Assembly: GCF_051903065.1 (NCBI RefSeq) | Contig: NZ_CP178438.1 | Direction: 5' to 3' (one strand) | Length of the DNA: 64,000 nt | Source: Escherichia coli | GTDB taxonomy: Bacteria; Pseudomonadota; Gammaproteobacteria; Enterobacterales; Enterobacteriaceae | Shown: one piece after another, positions 36,912-46,518 of the stretch | Layout: each line of letters starts with the position of its first letter | Numbering within the stretch: position 1 is the first letter of the stretch | Made by a program: the position numbers and the translations under genes | Notes under the pieces: model-generated | What the model was told of the DNA's origin: nothing | Database searches by the model: none | Seen by the model: only the letters and a program-made list of their open reading frames with translations

Positions 36912-38231
36912 TCACGCTTCGCGCGGTGTCTGGGCGTTCAAAAAGGGCAGTAACAGCAGTGCGGAAATCCCGGCGGCGATAGAGATAACCACAAAAAATC
37001 CGCTCCAGTGCCAGGTATCGAGTACTTTCGCCAGCGGCCAACCAGCAAGCGACGCCCCCAGATAAGCAAACAAGCCGACAAACCCCGTCGCCGCCCCTGC
37101 CGCCTCTTTGTGGGAACACTCTGCCGCCGCCATACCGATTAACATCTGTGGGCCAAAGACAAAAAAACCAATGGTGAAGAAGCAGGTTGCCTGCATCACG
37201 TAGCTGGCAAATGGCATCAGCCACAGGGAGCCGACTGAAAGCAAAATTCCGGCGGCGAAAATCAAATTCATCGGCCCTCGGTTGCCGTTAAACAATTTGT
37301 CCGAGCCCCAACCGGCTACCAGCGCACCGATAAATCCGCCCAGTTCAAACATCGTCACTGCCGTATTCGCCGTGACCAGATCGACGCCCAGTGTCTCGGA
37401 CATATACAAATTGCCCCAGTCGTTGATCGCCGCCCGGACCACATAGACCAGCACATAGCAAAACGAAAGCAGCCAGATATACGGATTCAGCAACACATAT
37501 TTGGTGAGGATCTCTTTACGCGTCAACCCTGCCCCTTCTTGTTGTTGAGCAATTTCCAGCGCGTCGTGTCGCCATTCACCGACCGCCGGTAAACCTAACG
37601 CCTGCGGGCGATCGCGTAGCCGCCAGCAGAGAAAAATCCCCACGACTATCGCCATACAACCAGCAATCATCATCCCGGCACGCCAGCCGTAATGCAGCGC
37701 AGCCGCTGCCATCACAATGGGAATGAGTGCGCCGCCGACGTTATGCGCCGTGTTCCATAATGCCCACCAACCGCCGCGCTCGGTACGTGAATACCAGGCC
37801 GTTAACAGACGCGCACACACCGGTGAACCCCAGCCCTGGAAAAAGGCGTTCAGCACCCAGAGCACGGCAAACGCCCATAGCGACGTCGAGAAGCCAAACA
37901 GAATGTTGATAATGCCCGTGGCGATAAGCCCTATCCCCATAAAATAACGGGCATTTGAGCGATCGCTGACAATGCCGGAGACAAACTTCGACACGCCATA
38001 GGTAATGTAAAACAGGGTCGCTAACAGGCCGATATCGCTACGGCTGAGCACGCCGTTAGCAAGGATTTCTGGTACGGCGGCGTTAAAACTTTTCCGCGTG
38101 AAGTAAAACAGCGCGTAACCCAGCCAGATGGTCAGCAGAATATGCCGACGCCAGTAGCGATAGCGGGCATCAATTTCATATTTATCAGTCATTAATGGCG
38201 CATCGGCAGGCGCTTTCAGAAACGGCAACAT
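36912..38231 (-). CDS. uhpC: Glucose-6-phosphate sensor protein UhpC (MFS)
   Basis: 439 aa from MLPFLKAPADAPLMTDKYEIDARYRYWRRHILLTIWLGYALFYF... Confidence 0.94.
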   Translation of the reverse strand: MLPFLKAPADAPLMTDKYEIDARYRYWRRHILLTIWLGYALFYFTRKSFNAAVPEILANGVLSRSDIGLLATLFYITYGVSKFVSGIVSDRSNARYFMGIGLIATGIINILFGFSTSLWAFAVLWVLNAFFQGWGSPVCARLLTAWYSRTERGGWWALWNTAHNVGGALIPIVMAAAALHYGWRAGMMIAGCMAIVVGIFLCWRLRDRPQALGLPAVGEWRHDALEIAQQQEGAGLTRKEILTKYVLLNPYIWLLSFCYVLVYVVRAAINDWGNLYMSETLGVDLVTANTAVTMFELGGFIGALVAGWGSDKLFNGNRGPMNLIFAAGILLSVGSLWLMPFASYVMQATCFFTIGFFVFGPQMLIGMAAAECSHKEAAGAATGFVGLFAYLGASLAGWPLAKVLDTWHWSGFFVVISIAAGISALLLLPFLNAQTPREA

Positions 38232-38240
38232 CATCAAACC

Positions 38241-39743
38241 TTAGACATAGCGTTGAGGTAGAGAAACGCTGACACGCGTGCCGTGCAGACAGGAAATGTG
38301 TAATGTGCCACCCAGCGCCGTTACGCGCTCGCGCATTCCGGTGAGGCCAAAACCTTGTTGCCCGGAACCCGGCGGCAAACCGCTGCCATCGTCTTCAATA
38401 ACCAGCATCAACCGTTCATCCTGCTGCCAGCCTTGCAGGGTGACCGCGCTGGCATCAGCATGTTTCACAATGTTGTTCAGCCCTTCCTGGCAGACACGAA
38501 ACAGCGTCACGCGCTGGTTTTCGCTTAACGCTGATTCATCGATTCGCCATTCGAGATGGCTGACAATACCGCGCCCTTCCAGCTCCATTTCCCGCATCAG
38601 TGAGCGGATGGCCTGCTCCAGGGTGAGATCATCCAACTGGCGCGGACGTAACCGACCCAACAAACGGCGCACCGCGTCGTAAACGCCCAGCGATAGTTGT
38701 TCGATGAGCTGCCCGCTCTGCTTCACGCTGGCGTTATCTGCCGCCAGCCGCTGAACAATGCCCGCCTGAGTACGAATAGCAGTGATGGTCTGACCGATAT
38801 CATCATGCAGCTCACGCGCCACATCACGGCGCACGCTCTCTTCGGTTTCCAGCAACCGTTCAGCCAGATGCTGATTGCGCGCCAGTTCCTTTTGCAGCGA
38901 CTGGTTAAGTTCACGCAACCGCTGGATGCCAGCGCCAAGCAACAACCCTGTCAGACTTTGCACCAGCAGCGAGAGCAATAAATCCACCGGATGATCGCGC
39001 CAGGTTTGACTGGCGATCAGCGCGATGGCGTTCATCAACGTCGCAATCAGCGCCCCTTGCCAACCATAGTGCCAGGCCAGCGCGATAATCGGCAGCGCCA
39101 GACAGAATGGCGTAAAGCGCGACAGTTCGTCCGGCAATCCCAACTGGAGCCAGAGACTGATAACAAACAGCAGCAAGTACCAGACCAGATGTCGCCCGCG
39201 CCAGTTGATTGGCTGAGAAACCAGTGACGGACCGAGCGGCAGCCAGGTGTTATTGGCGAGATAGTGCCAGAACACCAGACATATCGGGGCCAGCGTCAGG
39301 CCGCCAGTTAAAGTCAGCAACAGCGCATTCCACGACTCTTTGCCGTGCCAAAGCCAGGGCAGCGACTGCAACAACGCCGCCGCCGTTAACGCCGCCCCCT
39401 GTAACAGCAAGGTGCGCCAGTCACGCTGATGGCGATAGCGCGAGATCAGCGCTACGGGCAGTAACGTCAGTAAACTACCGATCATCAATAACGGAAAATG
39501 GGTTAAACCGACCGCCTGCGTTAGCCAGTAAATCAGCAGCCACTCCGCGCCCAGCAATACGGGCCAGTATCCGCGCGGGCATTGCAGCATTAGCCCCAGA
39601 CGCAGACCAAACGGAAATAACAGCACCGCCATATCAGGGCGCTCAACCAGATGCAGGCTGATACTCCACAGGCAAAACCATGCGGCAGAGAAGATAAAAA
39701 AGCAGGCAATAACGGTAATTAAGCGGGAGAACAACGTCTTCAT
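38241..39743 (-). CDS. uhpB: Sensor histidine kinase UhpB
   Basis: 500 aa from [26 protein letters not shown]...; HisKA_3 motif ELHDDIGQ and HATPase domain. Confidence 0.94.
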
Positions 39744-40333
39744 CACCAGCCATCAAACATGCGGCGCGCCAGCTCTACGTCGTTACTGACGCCCAGTTTT
39801 TCCATCAGATTGGCGCGATGGACGTGTACCGTTTTCGGTGACAAGCCCAGTTCGGCGGCAATCTCTTTCACCGCCATTCCTTGCGCCAGTTTTTCCGCCA
39901 CCTGGCGTTCACGTTTGGTTAGCGGGTCCTGACGACCGGATGCCAGTTTAATGGCAATATCCGGCGTCAGATAACAGCCGCCCGTGGCAACCGTATGCAC
40001 CGCAGCAATGAGTTCATCCGGGCTACAGCGTTTGGAAAGAAAGCCGCGTGCCCCCGCGTTAAGCGCCTGCTCAACCAGCGCAGGACTGTCGTGAACGGAG
40101 AGCATAATCGTCGCCATACCTTTCGGCAGCTGGCTTAGCAGCTCCAGACCGGAGATATCGGGCATGGAGATATCGCAAATACACACCTGCACACCGCGCC
40201 CCGGCAGCCCCGCCAGCGCCTCGCGCCCCGAACCAAACTCGGCAACTACCTGCAAATCAGGTTCCAGCCCCAGCAGCTGCGCAAAGCCGGAGCGGACGAT
40301 GAGGTGATCGTCTATAAGGGCAACGGTGATCAT
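39743..40333 (-). CDS. uhpA: Response regulator UhpA (NarL/FixJ family)
   Basis: 196 aa [42 protein letters not shown]...; overlaps uhpB by 1 nt. Confidence 0.95.
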
Positions 40334-40341
40334 GGTCTTGT

Positions 40342-40375
40342 CCTGGCGGGTAAAAAAAATACGCGCTTACCTTAA
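40342..40375 (-). terminator. Rho-independent terminator downstream of ilvN (hairpin gcgcttatcgttaaggtaagcgc followed by U8)
   Basis: Inverted repeat at 40353-40375 with A8 run at 40342-40349 on the + strand (U-run on the ilvBN transcript). Confidence 0.7.
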
Positions 40376-40408
40376 CGATAAGCGCGATGTTGTTCAAGCC
40401 TTGAGCGG

Positions 40409-40699
40409 TTACTGAAAAAACACCGCGATCTTGTTAAACATCGTCGGATCGGACTGATTACGCTGCACTTTCACGACATCTTCCAGCTTATCGATTTGGC
40501 TTATCATCTGCTCCAGACGCTGGTCGTCATTGACCAGTAGCCAGATATGGCTTTTGTCGCTGTCCTGAATCGGCAGACAAAGAATGCCTTCAACGTTAAA
40601 AGCGCGGCGGGCAAAAAGGCCACAAACGTGGGTCATTACGCCCGGATGGTTGCGAACGGTGAGCTCCAGAATTACGTTGTCATGAGTTGTGTTTTGCAT
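40409..40699 (-). CDS. ilvN: Acetolactate synthase I small (regulatory) subunit
   Basis: 96 aa [56 protein letters not shown]... Confidence 0.95.
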
Positions 40700-40702
40700 G
40701 GC

Positions 40703-42391
40703 TTATTCCCCCACCATTTCAGTATTCGCCGCACCTGGCGGCACCATCGGGTAAACTTTTTCTTCGGCATCAATGCGCACATGGATCAGCGCCGGGCCAG
40801 GGCGATTGATGATTTCCTGCAATGAAGCCTGCGGATCGGCTTCGTTATTCAAATCACAGGTTTCGAGGCCGAATCCGGCGGCAATCTGCATAAAGTTGAT
40901 TTTGCCCGGATAGGTGGCGGCAAAAACGCCTTGCTCGTAGAACAGACTCTGTTGCTGATGCACCAGCCCCAGCGCTTCGTTGTTCATCAGAATGATTTTG
41001 ACATCCAGCTGATTTTCACTGGCGGTCGCCATCTCCTGAATATTCATCATCAGGCTGCCGTCGCCGGAGAAACACAACACTTTGCGATCCGGGTTCGCCA
41101 GCGCAGCGCCAATCGCCGCAGGCAGGCCAAAACCCATCGTGCCCAGCCCACCGGAGGTCAGCCACTGGCGTGGGCGATTGAGCGGATAAGCTTGCGCGGT
41201 CCACATCTGATGCTGACCAACGTCGGTGGTGATAATTGCATTGTCATCGACACAGGCGGCAACGGCGTTGATCAGGCCGTAATGGCTTAACGGATCGCAC
41301 GCTTTCGGGATTGGACACGGAAACTCACGCTGCAAATCCGCTACCAACTGGTGCCACTCTGCACGCGGTTGCGCTTCCACCAGCGGGATCAACTGCGCCA
41401 GCACGTCATCAACATCCGCCTGAATCGCCACGTGCGGCTGCTTGATTTTACCCAGCTCTGCACGGTCGATATCGACATGAATGATTTTGGCATTCGGACA
41501 GAACTGCTCGGTTTTGCCAATCGCCCGGTCATCAAAACGCGCACCGAGCACTATCAACAAATCCGCCTCCTGCAAAATATAGTTGGTGCTGCGCACGCCG
41601 TGCATCCCCAGCATACCCAGCGACAACGGATGCGCTTTTGGCAACATGCCCAGCGCCATTAAAGTCATGGTGGTAGGCAGTTGCGCTTTCTCCGCCAGTT
41701 CACGCACCCGTGCGGGCGCATTGATCACACCGCCGCCCAGATAAAGCACCGGGCGTTTGGCAGCGTTAATCATCGCCGCTGCGTCACGAATGCTTTCTTC
41801 GCTAAAGGCGGGGGCGGCGGCTTTTTCTGCCATAGCGGGCTGTGTTTCAATCTCAAAAACTGCCGTTTGCACATCCTTAGGAATGTCTATCCACACCGGG
41901 CCTGGGCGGCCTGATTGCGCAATGCGGAAGGCATCGCTCATGACCTGCGGGAGTTCTTCGATATGTCTGACCAGATAGTTGTGTTTGGTGATGGGGATAG
42001 AGATGCCGTAGGTGTCCACTTCCTGGAAGGCGTCGGTGCCGATCATCGAGGCGGGAACCTGACCAGTGATGCAAATCAGCGGGATGGAGTCCAGCCGCGC
42101 ATCGGCAATGGCGGTCACCAGGTTAGTCGCACCCGGTCCGCTACAGGCCATACAGACCGCCGGTTTACCGTCGGTGCGCGCCATTCCCTGAGCGATAAAG
42201 CCCGCGCCCTGTTCATGACGGGCCAGAATATGGCGGATTTGCGTGCTTTGGCTTAAGGCATCGTAAACAGGCAGGATAGAACCGCCCGGAATGCCTGTCA
42301 CAATCTTAATGCCCTGCTGTTCCAGGAAATGAACGATAAATTCTGCGCCGGTAAAGCGCTTACGCGTCGATGTTGTGCCCGAACTTGCCAT
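40703..42391 (-). CDS. ilvB: Acetolactate synthase I large subunit
   Basis: 562 aa MASSGTTSTRKRFTGAEFIVHFLEQQGIKIVTGIPGGSILPVYDAL...; ThDP-binding enzyme. Confidence 0.95.
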   Translation of the reverse strand: MASSGTTSTRKRFTGAEFIVHFLEQQGIKIVTGIPGGSILPVYDALSQSTQIRHILARHEQGAGFIAQGMARTDGKPAVCMACSGPGATNLVTAIADARLDSIPLICITGQVPASMIGTDAFQEVDTYGISIPITKHNYLVRHIEELPQVMSDAFRIAQSGRPGPVWIDIPKDVQTAVFEIETQPAMAEKAAAPAFSEESIRDAAAMINAAKRPVLYLGGGVINAPARVRELAEKAQLPTTMTLMALGMLPKAHPLSLGMLGMHGVRSTNYILQEADLLIVLGARFDDRAIGKTEQFCPNAKIIHVDIDRAELGKIKQPHVAIQADVDDVLAQLIPLVEAQPRAEWHQLVADLQREFPCPIPKACDPLSHYGLINAVAACVDDNAIITTDVGQHQMWTAQAYPLNRPRQWLTSGGLGTMGFGLPAAIGAALANPDRKVLCFSGDGSLMMNIQEMATASENQLDVKIILMNNEALGLVHQQQSLFYEQGVFAATYPGKINFMQIAAGFGLETCDLNNEADPQASLQEIINRPGPALIHVRIDAEEKVYPMVPPGAANTEMVGE

Positions 42392-42439
42392 GCTCCAGTC
42401 CTTTTCTTCTGGGCCGACTTTCCGGGAGGTGCTTAAACG

Positions 42440-42474
42440 AAAAACCCCGCCCGGTTTGCGCCGGCGGGGTTTTG
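42440..42474 (-). promoter_or_regulatory. ilvB attenuator terminator (GC-rich hairpin with flanking U/A runs) between ivbL and ilvB
   Basis: Sequence aaaaccccgcccggtttgcgccggcggggtttt read on + strand; hairpin plus T-run on the transcribed strand, located between leader peptide stop and ilvB start. Confidence 0.7.
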
Positions 42475-42496
42475 GAATCGTGTGTTGTTCCAGTCC

Positions 42497-42595
42497 CTAC
42501 GGCGCATTGCCGACGACCACCACCACACGCACGACGACCACTGCGGCGGATGGCGCAGTTGGTAGTAGTTTTGCGTTGAGCATGGAAGTAGTCAT
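42497..42595 (-). CDS. ivbL: ilvB operon leader peptide (32 aa, Val/Leu rich)
   Basis: Minus-strand translation MTTSMLNAKLLPTAPSAAVVVVRVVVVVGNAP* read directly; below ORF-track length cutoff. Confidence 0.85.
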   Translation of the reverse strand: MTTSMLNAKLLPTAPSAAVVVVRVVVVVGNAP

Positions 42596-42724
42596 TGGGG
42601 ACCTTGTTGGTTTTGTGTTTAACAATATTTATACAAGCACAGCTTTACAGGGGAGACAATGGAAAATTTTTCAGCAAGGGAAAATTGAGGGGTTGATCAC
42701 GTTTTGTACTGAATTGCAGATAAC

Positions 42725-42865
42725 AAAAAACCCCGCCGGAGCGAGGTTTCGTCAGTCGCCTGCGGCTGGTAACCGCAAAGCACACTGTATTATGTCAACA
42801 CTGAAAGTATACGTGTTCCGCGCAGAACGCGCAATTTCGGCACGAATTTTGACGTATTTAGTGCA
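42725..42865 (-). ncRNA. istR: IstR antitoxin sRNA (IstR-1/IstR-2), approximate boundaries
   Basis: Minus-strand terminator (stem ccucgc/gcgggg with tetraloop, then U6) at 42725-42746; 20 nt element at 42781-42800 that repeats in the tisAB leader; LexA box just upstream; boundaries inferred, not measured. Confidence 0.5.
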
Positions 42866-42907
42866 TAGTTGAGTATCGATCACAGTTTGCGTTTTGTCCA
42901 AATATTA

Positions 42908-42923
42908 CTGTTTATTTATACAG
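42908..42923 (+). promoter_or_regulatory. LexA (SOS) box CTGTTTATTTATACAG in the istR/tisAB divergent control region
   Basis: CTG-N10-CAG palindrome immediately followed by a TATAAT hexamer at 42933-42938. Confidence 0.75.
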
Positions 42924-43159
42924 TAAACTTCTATAATATCACTGTACGCAATGTGTTATGCGGGGGCCGCATCGTTACCCGGCGCACTAAGTCCTGGCTG
43001 AAACGGGTGGTGCCGTCAGCGCCTTAACCCCGCGTGAGCACACTGTGTTATGTCAACAAGCACAACGTTTCTCCTTGAGATACCGCGTGCACAACAGCTG
43101 GCAACAGGCAGCGGAAAGGTACGTCAGCTGGCAGTGCTCCTGAACCACAGGAGACGCGT

Positions 43160-43249
43160 ATGAACCTGGTGGATATCGCCATTCTTATCCTCAAACTCAT
43201 TGTTGCAGCACTGCAACTGCTTGATGCTGTTCTGAAATACCTGAAGTAA
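43160..43249 (+). CDS. tisB: Type I toxin TisB (29 aa membrane peptide)
   Basis: Translation MNLVDIAILILKLIVAALQLLDAVLKYLK* read directly; below ORF-track cutoff. Confidence 0.88.
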   Translation: MNLVDIAILILKLIVAALQLLDAVLKYLK

Positions 43250-43271
43250 TTCAGATTCAAGTCGCACCAAA

Positions 43272-43297
43272 GGGGAGCGGGAAACCGCTCCCCTTTT
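43272..43297 (+). terminator. Rho-independent terminator after tisB (ggggagcgggaaaccgctcccc followed by T4)
   Basis: Perfect 9 bp stem with GAAA loop and T-run directly downstream of tisB stop. Confidence 0.75.
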
Positions 43298-43318
43298 ATA
43301 TTTAGCGTGCGGGTTGGT

Positions 43319-43354
43319 GTCGGATGCGATGCTGACGCATCTTATCCGCCCTAC
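43319..43354. repeat. REP (repetitive extragenic palindromic) element
   Basis: gtcggatgcgatgctgacgcatcttatccgccctac resembles the REP consensus (GCCGGATGCGGCGTGAACGCCTTATCCGGCCTAC). Confidence 0.6.
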
Positions 43355-43528
43355 CATCTCTCCCGGCAACATTTATTGCCGCTTTTGTTTACATATTCTG
43401 CCGCTAAACAATTCCCCATTCCTGGCGTATATCTGGCTAACATTCATCAATGTGATAGATTCCTCTCCCGCATTTATGGGAATGCGTAGTGACTTATTCT
43501 AATTATTTTTATAAAAGCATCCGTGATA

Positions 43529-44713
43529 ATGAAAAGGCAAAGAAACGTCAATTTGTTATTGATGTTGGTATTACTCGTGGCCGTCGGTCAGATGGCGCAA
43601 ACCATTTATATTCCAGCTATTGCCGATATGGCGCGCGATCTCAACGTCCGTGAAGGGGCGGTGCAGAGCGTAATGGGCGCTTATCTGCTGACTTACGGTG
43701 TCTCACAGCTGTTTTATGGCCCGATTTCCGACCGCGTGGGCCGCCGACCGGTGATCCTCGTCGGAATGTCCATTTTTATGCTGGCAACGCTGGTCGCGGT
43801 CACGACCTCCAGTTTGACGGTGTTGATTGCCGCCAGCGCGATGCAGGGGATGGGCACCGGCGTTGGCGGCGTAATGGCGCGTACTTTACCGCGAGATTTA
43901 TATGAACGGACACAGTTGCGCCATGCTAACAGCCTGTTAAACATGGGGATTCTTGTTAGTCCGTTGCTCGCACCGCTAATCGGCGGTCTGCTGGATACGA
44001 TGTGGAACTGGCGCGCCTGTTATCTCTTTTTGTTGGTTCTTTGTGCTGGCGTGACCTTCAGTATGGCCCGCTGGATGCCGGAAACGCGTCCGGTCGATGC
44101 ACCGCGCACGCGCCTGCTTACCAGTTATAAAACGCTTTTCGGTAACGGCGGTTTTAACTGTTATTTGCTGATGCTGATTGGCGGTCTGGCCGGGATTGCC
44201 GCCTTTGAAGCCTGCTCCGGCGTGCTGATGGGCGCGGTGTTAGGGCTGAGCAGTATGACGGTCAGTATTTTGTTTATTCTGCCGATTCCGGCGGCATTTT
44301 TTGGGGCATGGTTTGCCGGACGTCCCAATAAACGCTTCTCAACGTTGATGTGGCAGTCGGTTATCTGCTGCCTGCTGGCTGGCTTGCTGATGTGGATCCC
44401 CGACTGGTTTGGCGTGATGAATGTCTGGACGCTGCTTGTTCCCGCCGCGCTGTTCTTTTTCGGTGCCGGGATGCTGTTTCCGCTGGCGACCAGCGGCGCG
44501 ATGGAGCCGTTCCCCTTCCTGGCGGGCACGGCTGGCGCGCTGGTCGGCGGTCTGCAAAACATTGGTTCCGGCGTGCTGGCGTCGCTCTCAGCGATGTTGC
44601 CGCAAACCGGTCAGGGCAGCCTGGGGTTGTTGATGACCTTAATGGGATTGTTGATCGTGCTGTGCTGGCTACCGCTGGCAACGCGGATGTCGCATCAGGG
44701 GCAGCCCGTTTAA
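43529..44713 (+). CDS. emrD: Multidrug efflux MFS transporter EmrD
   Basis: 394 aa from MKRQRNVNLLLMLVLLVAVGQMAQTIYIPAIADMARDLNV... Confidence 0.94.
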   Translation: MKRQRNVNLLLMLVLLVAVGQMAQTIYIPAIADMARDLNVREGAVQSVMGAYLLTYGVSQLFYGPISDRVGRRPVILVGMSIFMLATLVAVTTSSLTVLIAASAMQGMGTGVGGVMARTLPRDLYERTQLRHANSLLNMGILVSPLLAPLIGGLLDTMWNWRACYLFLLVLCAGVTFSMARWMPETRPVDAPRTRLLTSYKTLFGNGGFNCYLLMLIGGLAGIAAFEACSGVLMGAVLGLSSMTVSILFILPIPAAFFGAWFAGRPNKRFSTLMWQSVICCLLAGLLMWIPDWFGVMNVWTLLVPAALFFFGAGMLFPLATSGAMEPFPFLAGTAGALVGGLQNIGSGVLASLSAMLPQTGQGSLGLLMTLMGLLIVLCWLPLATRMSHQGQPV

Positions 44714-44720
44714 GCGCACA

Positions 44721-45218
44721 TCATCGCAGCATCGTCATCAGCTCCATGGGAGAACGATGCTGCTTTATCAGATCACGCATCACCCGCATATGCGGTGCGG
44801 AGTAAGAATAAAACGCCTGATAGCCCGCACATAGCATGCTGTCTGGCGTCTCCTCCCGAGCGTGCGGACACAGCCGATGCCAGTCGCACGCCTGGCAGTC
44901 ACGGCGCGGGTGCGGGTTTTCGCTGCCACACCATTTTTGTAGGGTGGAGTCAAATAGCTCAATCGAGATACGACTGATATCTGCCCGCACCCAACACTCG
45001 AACAGGGCAATTAAAAATTTCCCCCACAGCTCTGCTGTCACCGAAGCGGCCGTCATATCGCCCCGGTCATCAAATTCAAGATGGGGAATAAGCTGTACGG
45101 AGCGGATGCCCCGCTGTTTGAAATTGTGATAAAAATCGGCAGGTTGCAGAGCATCCTTGTACTCTACAACCAGTTTATGCCTGTCCTCTTCAGCATCAAT
45201 GACCTGACTTCCTGTCAT
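44721..45218 (-). CDS. yidF: Uncharacterized protein YidF (Cys-rich, possible sulfatase-maturase relative)
   Basis: 165 aa MTGSQVIDAEEDRHKLVVEYKDALQPADFYHNFKQRGIRSVQLIPHLEFDDRGDM...; cysteine-rich C-terminal half. Confidence 0.85.
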   Translation of the reverse strand: MTGSQVIDAEEDRHKLVVEYKDALQPADFYHNFKQRGIRSVQLIPHLEFDDRGDMTAASVTAELWGKFLIALFECWVRADISRISIELFDSTLQKWCGSENPHPRRDCQACDWHRLCPHAREETPDSMLCAGYQAFYSYSAPHMRVMRDLIKQHRSPMELMTMLR

Positions 45219-45577
45219 GCGACTCTCTCAATAAATACGATAAGTTGATGTATATGCGTTACAGCAAACAGTATTGCGAGAGATAACACCGCGAGGGAGA
45301 TCAAAAATTTGTCACGGACTACGTGAAATTGGGAAAAATCGCTATTCGTGACATCCATTAAATTGCGATTACGAGTGTAGTGCCAGAGGATCAGCGCCAC
45401 GATGGCGAGGATGCCAATCGAAATCCAGAATAACATGCCCGCCTGGTGCCAGTTGTGTTTGATAGCCAACGCCATCAACGCGCCGTAGCCCAGCATGGTA
45501 CGAAACCACGCCAATGATGTACGCTCCGGCTGCAGCCCTGGGTCGGCAATGCGTCTGGCTTTGCGGCTATCCGGCAT
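45215..45577 (-). CDS. yidG: Inner membrane protein YidG (DUF202)
   Basis: 120 aa MPDSRKARRIADPGLQPERTSLAWFRTMLGYGALMALAI...; overlaps yidF start by 4 nt. Confidence 0.85.
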   Translation of the reverse strand: MPDSRKARRIADPGLQPERTSLAWFRTMLGYGALMALAIKHNWHQAGMLFWISIGILAIVALILWHYTRNRNLMDVTNSDFSQFHVVRDKFLISLAVLSLAILFAVTHIHQLIVFIERVA

Positions 45578-45914
45578 ACAACACCAGTCCCATAACGATC
45601 ACTGCTACGACCATCAATATTAAGCTGATGATTAATAAGCTGTTGGTGTAGGGCAGGTCCTCTTTCAGACGCATCGCTTTTTCATTGCGTAACCAGCGCA
45701 AGTAGCCATACATCGCTAACCCGCCGGAAAACAGACACAACAACAACGCCAGCAGTTCGCGAATGACGGGCGTGGCGAAATCTGGCGCAAGTTGATCAAG
45801 CCCAACCCCCGCCGCCAGAAATCCTAGTGCAGTACGGATCCACGCCAGAAAAGTACGCTCATTAGCCAGCGAGAAGCGGTAATCAGGCGCTTCTCCGAGG
45901 CGGGAAATTTTCAT
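45567..45914 (-). CDS. yidH: Inner membrane protein YidH (DUF202)
   Basis: 115 aa MKISRLGEAPDYRFSLANERTFLAWIRTALGFLAAGVGL...; paralogous to yidG (shared ERTxLAWxRT motif); overlaps yidG by 11 nt. Confidence 0.85.
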   Translation of the reverse strand: MKISRLGEAPDYRFSLANERTFLAWIRTALGFLAAGVGLDQLAPDFATPVIRELLALLLCLFSGGLAMYGYLRWLRNEKAMRLKEDLPYTNSLLIISLILMVVAVIVMGLVLYAG

Positions 45915-46022
45915 TGTTGCTCCTTTGCAATTTCACTAACGCTCTACCTTTAGCGGTTTTTTTTAAGAATTTCGTCCGCCCGTTTCCTGATATGCTTTTG
46001 CCATCCGCTACAAGGAGGTCAG

Positions 46023-46472
46023 ATGGGTATCATAGCGCAAAATAAAATCAGTTCATTGGGCATGCTATTCGGTGCCATCGCTTTAATGATGGGGATTATC
46101 CACTTTTCATTCGGCCCTTTCTCCGCACCACCGCCAACGCTTGAAAGCATCATGGCGGACAAAACGGCTGAAATTAAAAGAGGTCTTCTCGCCGGAATAA
46201 AAGGCGAAAAAATTACCACCGTGGAGAAAAAAGAGGACGTAGATGTCGATAAAATCCTCGATCAAAGCGGTATCGCACTGGCCATTGCTGCGCTACTTTG
46301 CGCATTTATTGGCGGTATGCGTAAGGAAAATCGCTGGGGCATTCGCGGCGCGCTGGTTTTTGGCGGCGGGACGCTGGCTTTCCATACCTTGCTTTTTGGT
46401 ATCGGCATCGTGTGCAGCATTTTGCTGATATTCCTTATCTTTTCCTTCCTGACCGGCGGTTCACTGGTTTAA
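46023..46472 (+). CDS. yidI: Inner membrane protein YidI
   Basis: 149 aa MGIIAQNKISSLGMLFGAIALMMGIIHFSFGPFS... Confidence 0.85.
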   Translation: MGIIAQNKISSLGMLFGAIALMMGIIHFSFGPFSAPPPTLESIMADKTAEIKRGLLAGIKGEKITTVEKKEDVDVDKILDQSGIALAIAALLCAFIGGMRKENRWGIRGALVFGGGTLAFHTLLFGIGIVCSILLIFLIFSFLTGGSLV

Positions 46473-46518
46473 GCAGCCTGAATAATGCCCGCCGGGTGTT
46501 CATCAGCGGGCATTATCG

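Noticed and set aside
42375-42872. 165 aa plus-strand ORF
   Set aside because: Spans the ilvB start, the ivbL leader antisense and the istR region; low-complexity translation (TTTTRTTTT); the region is explained by ivbL and istR.
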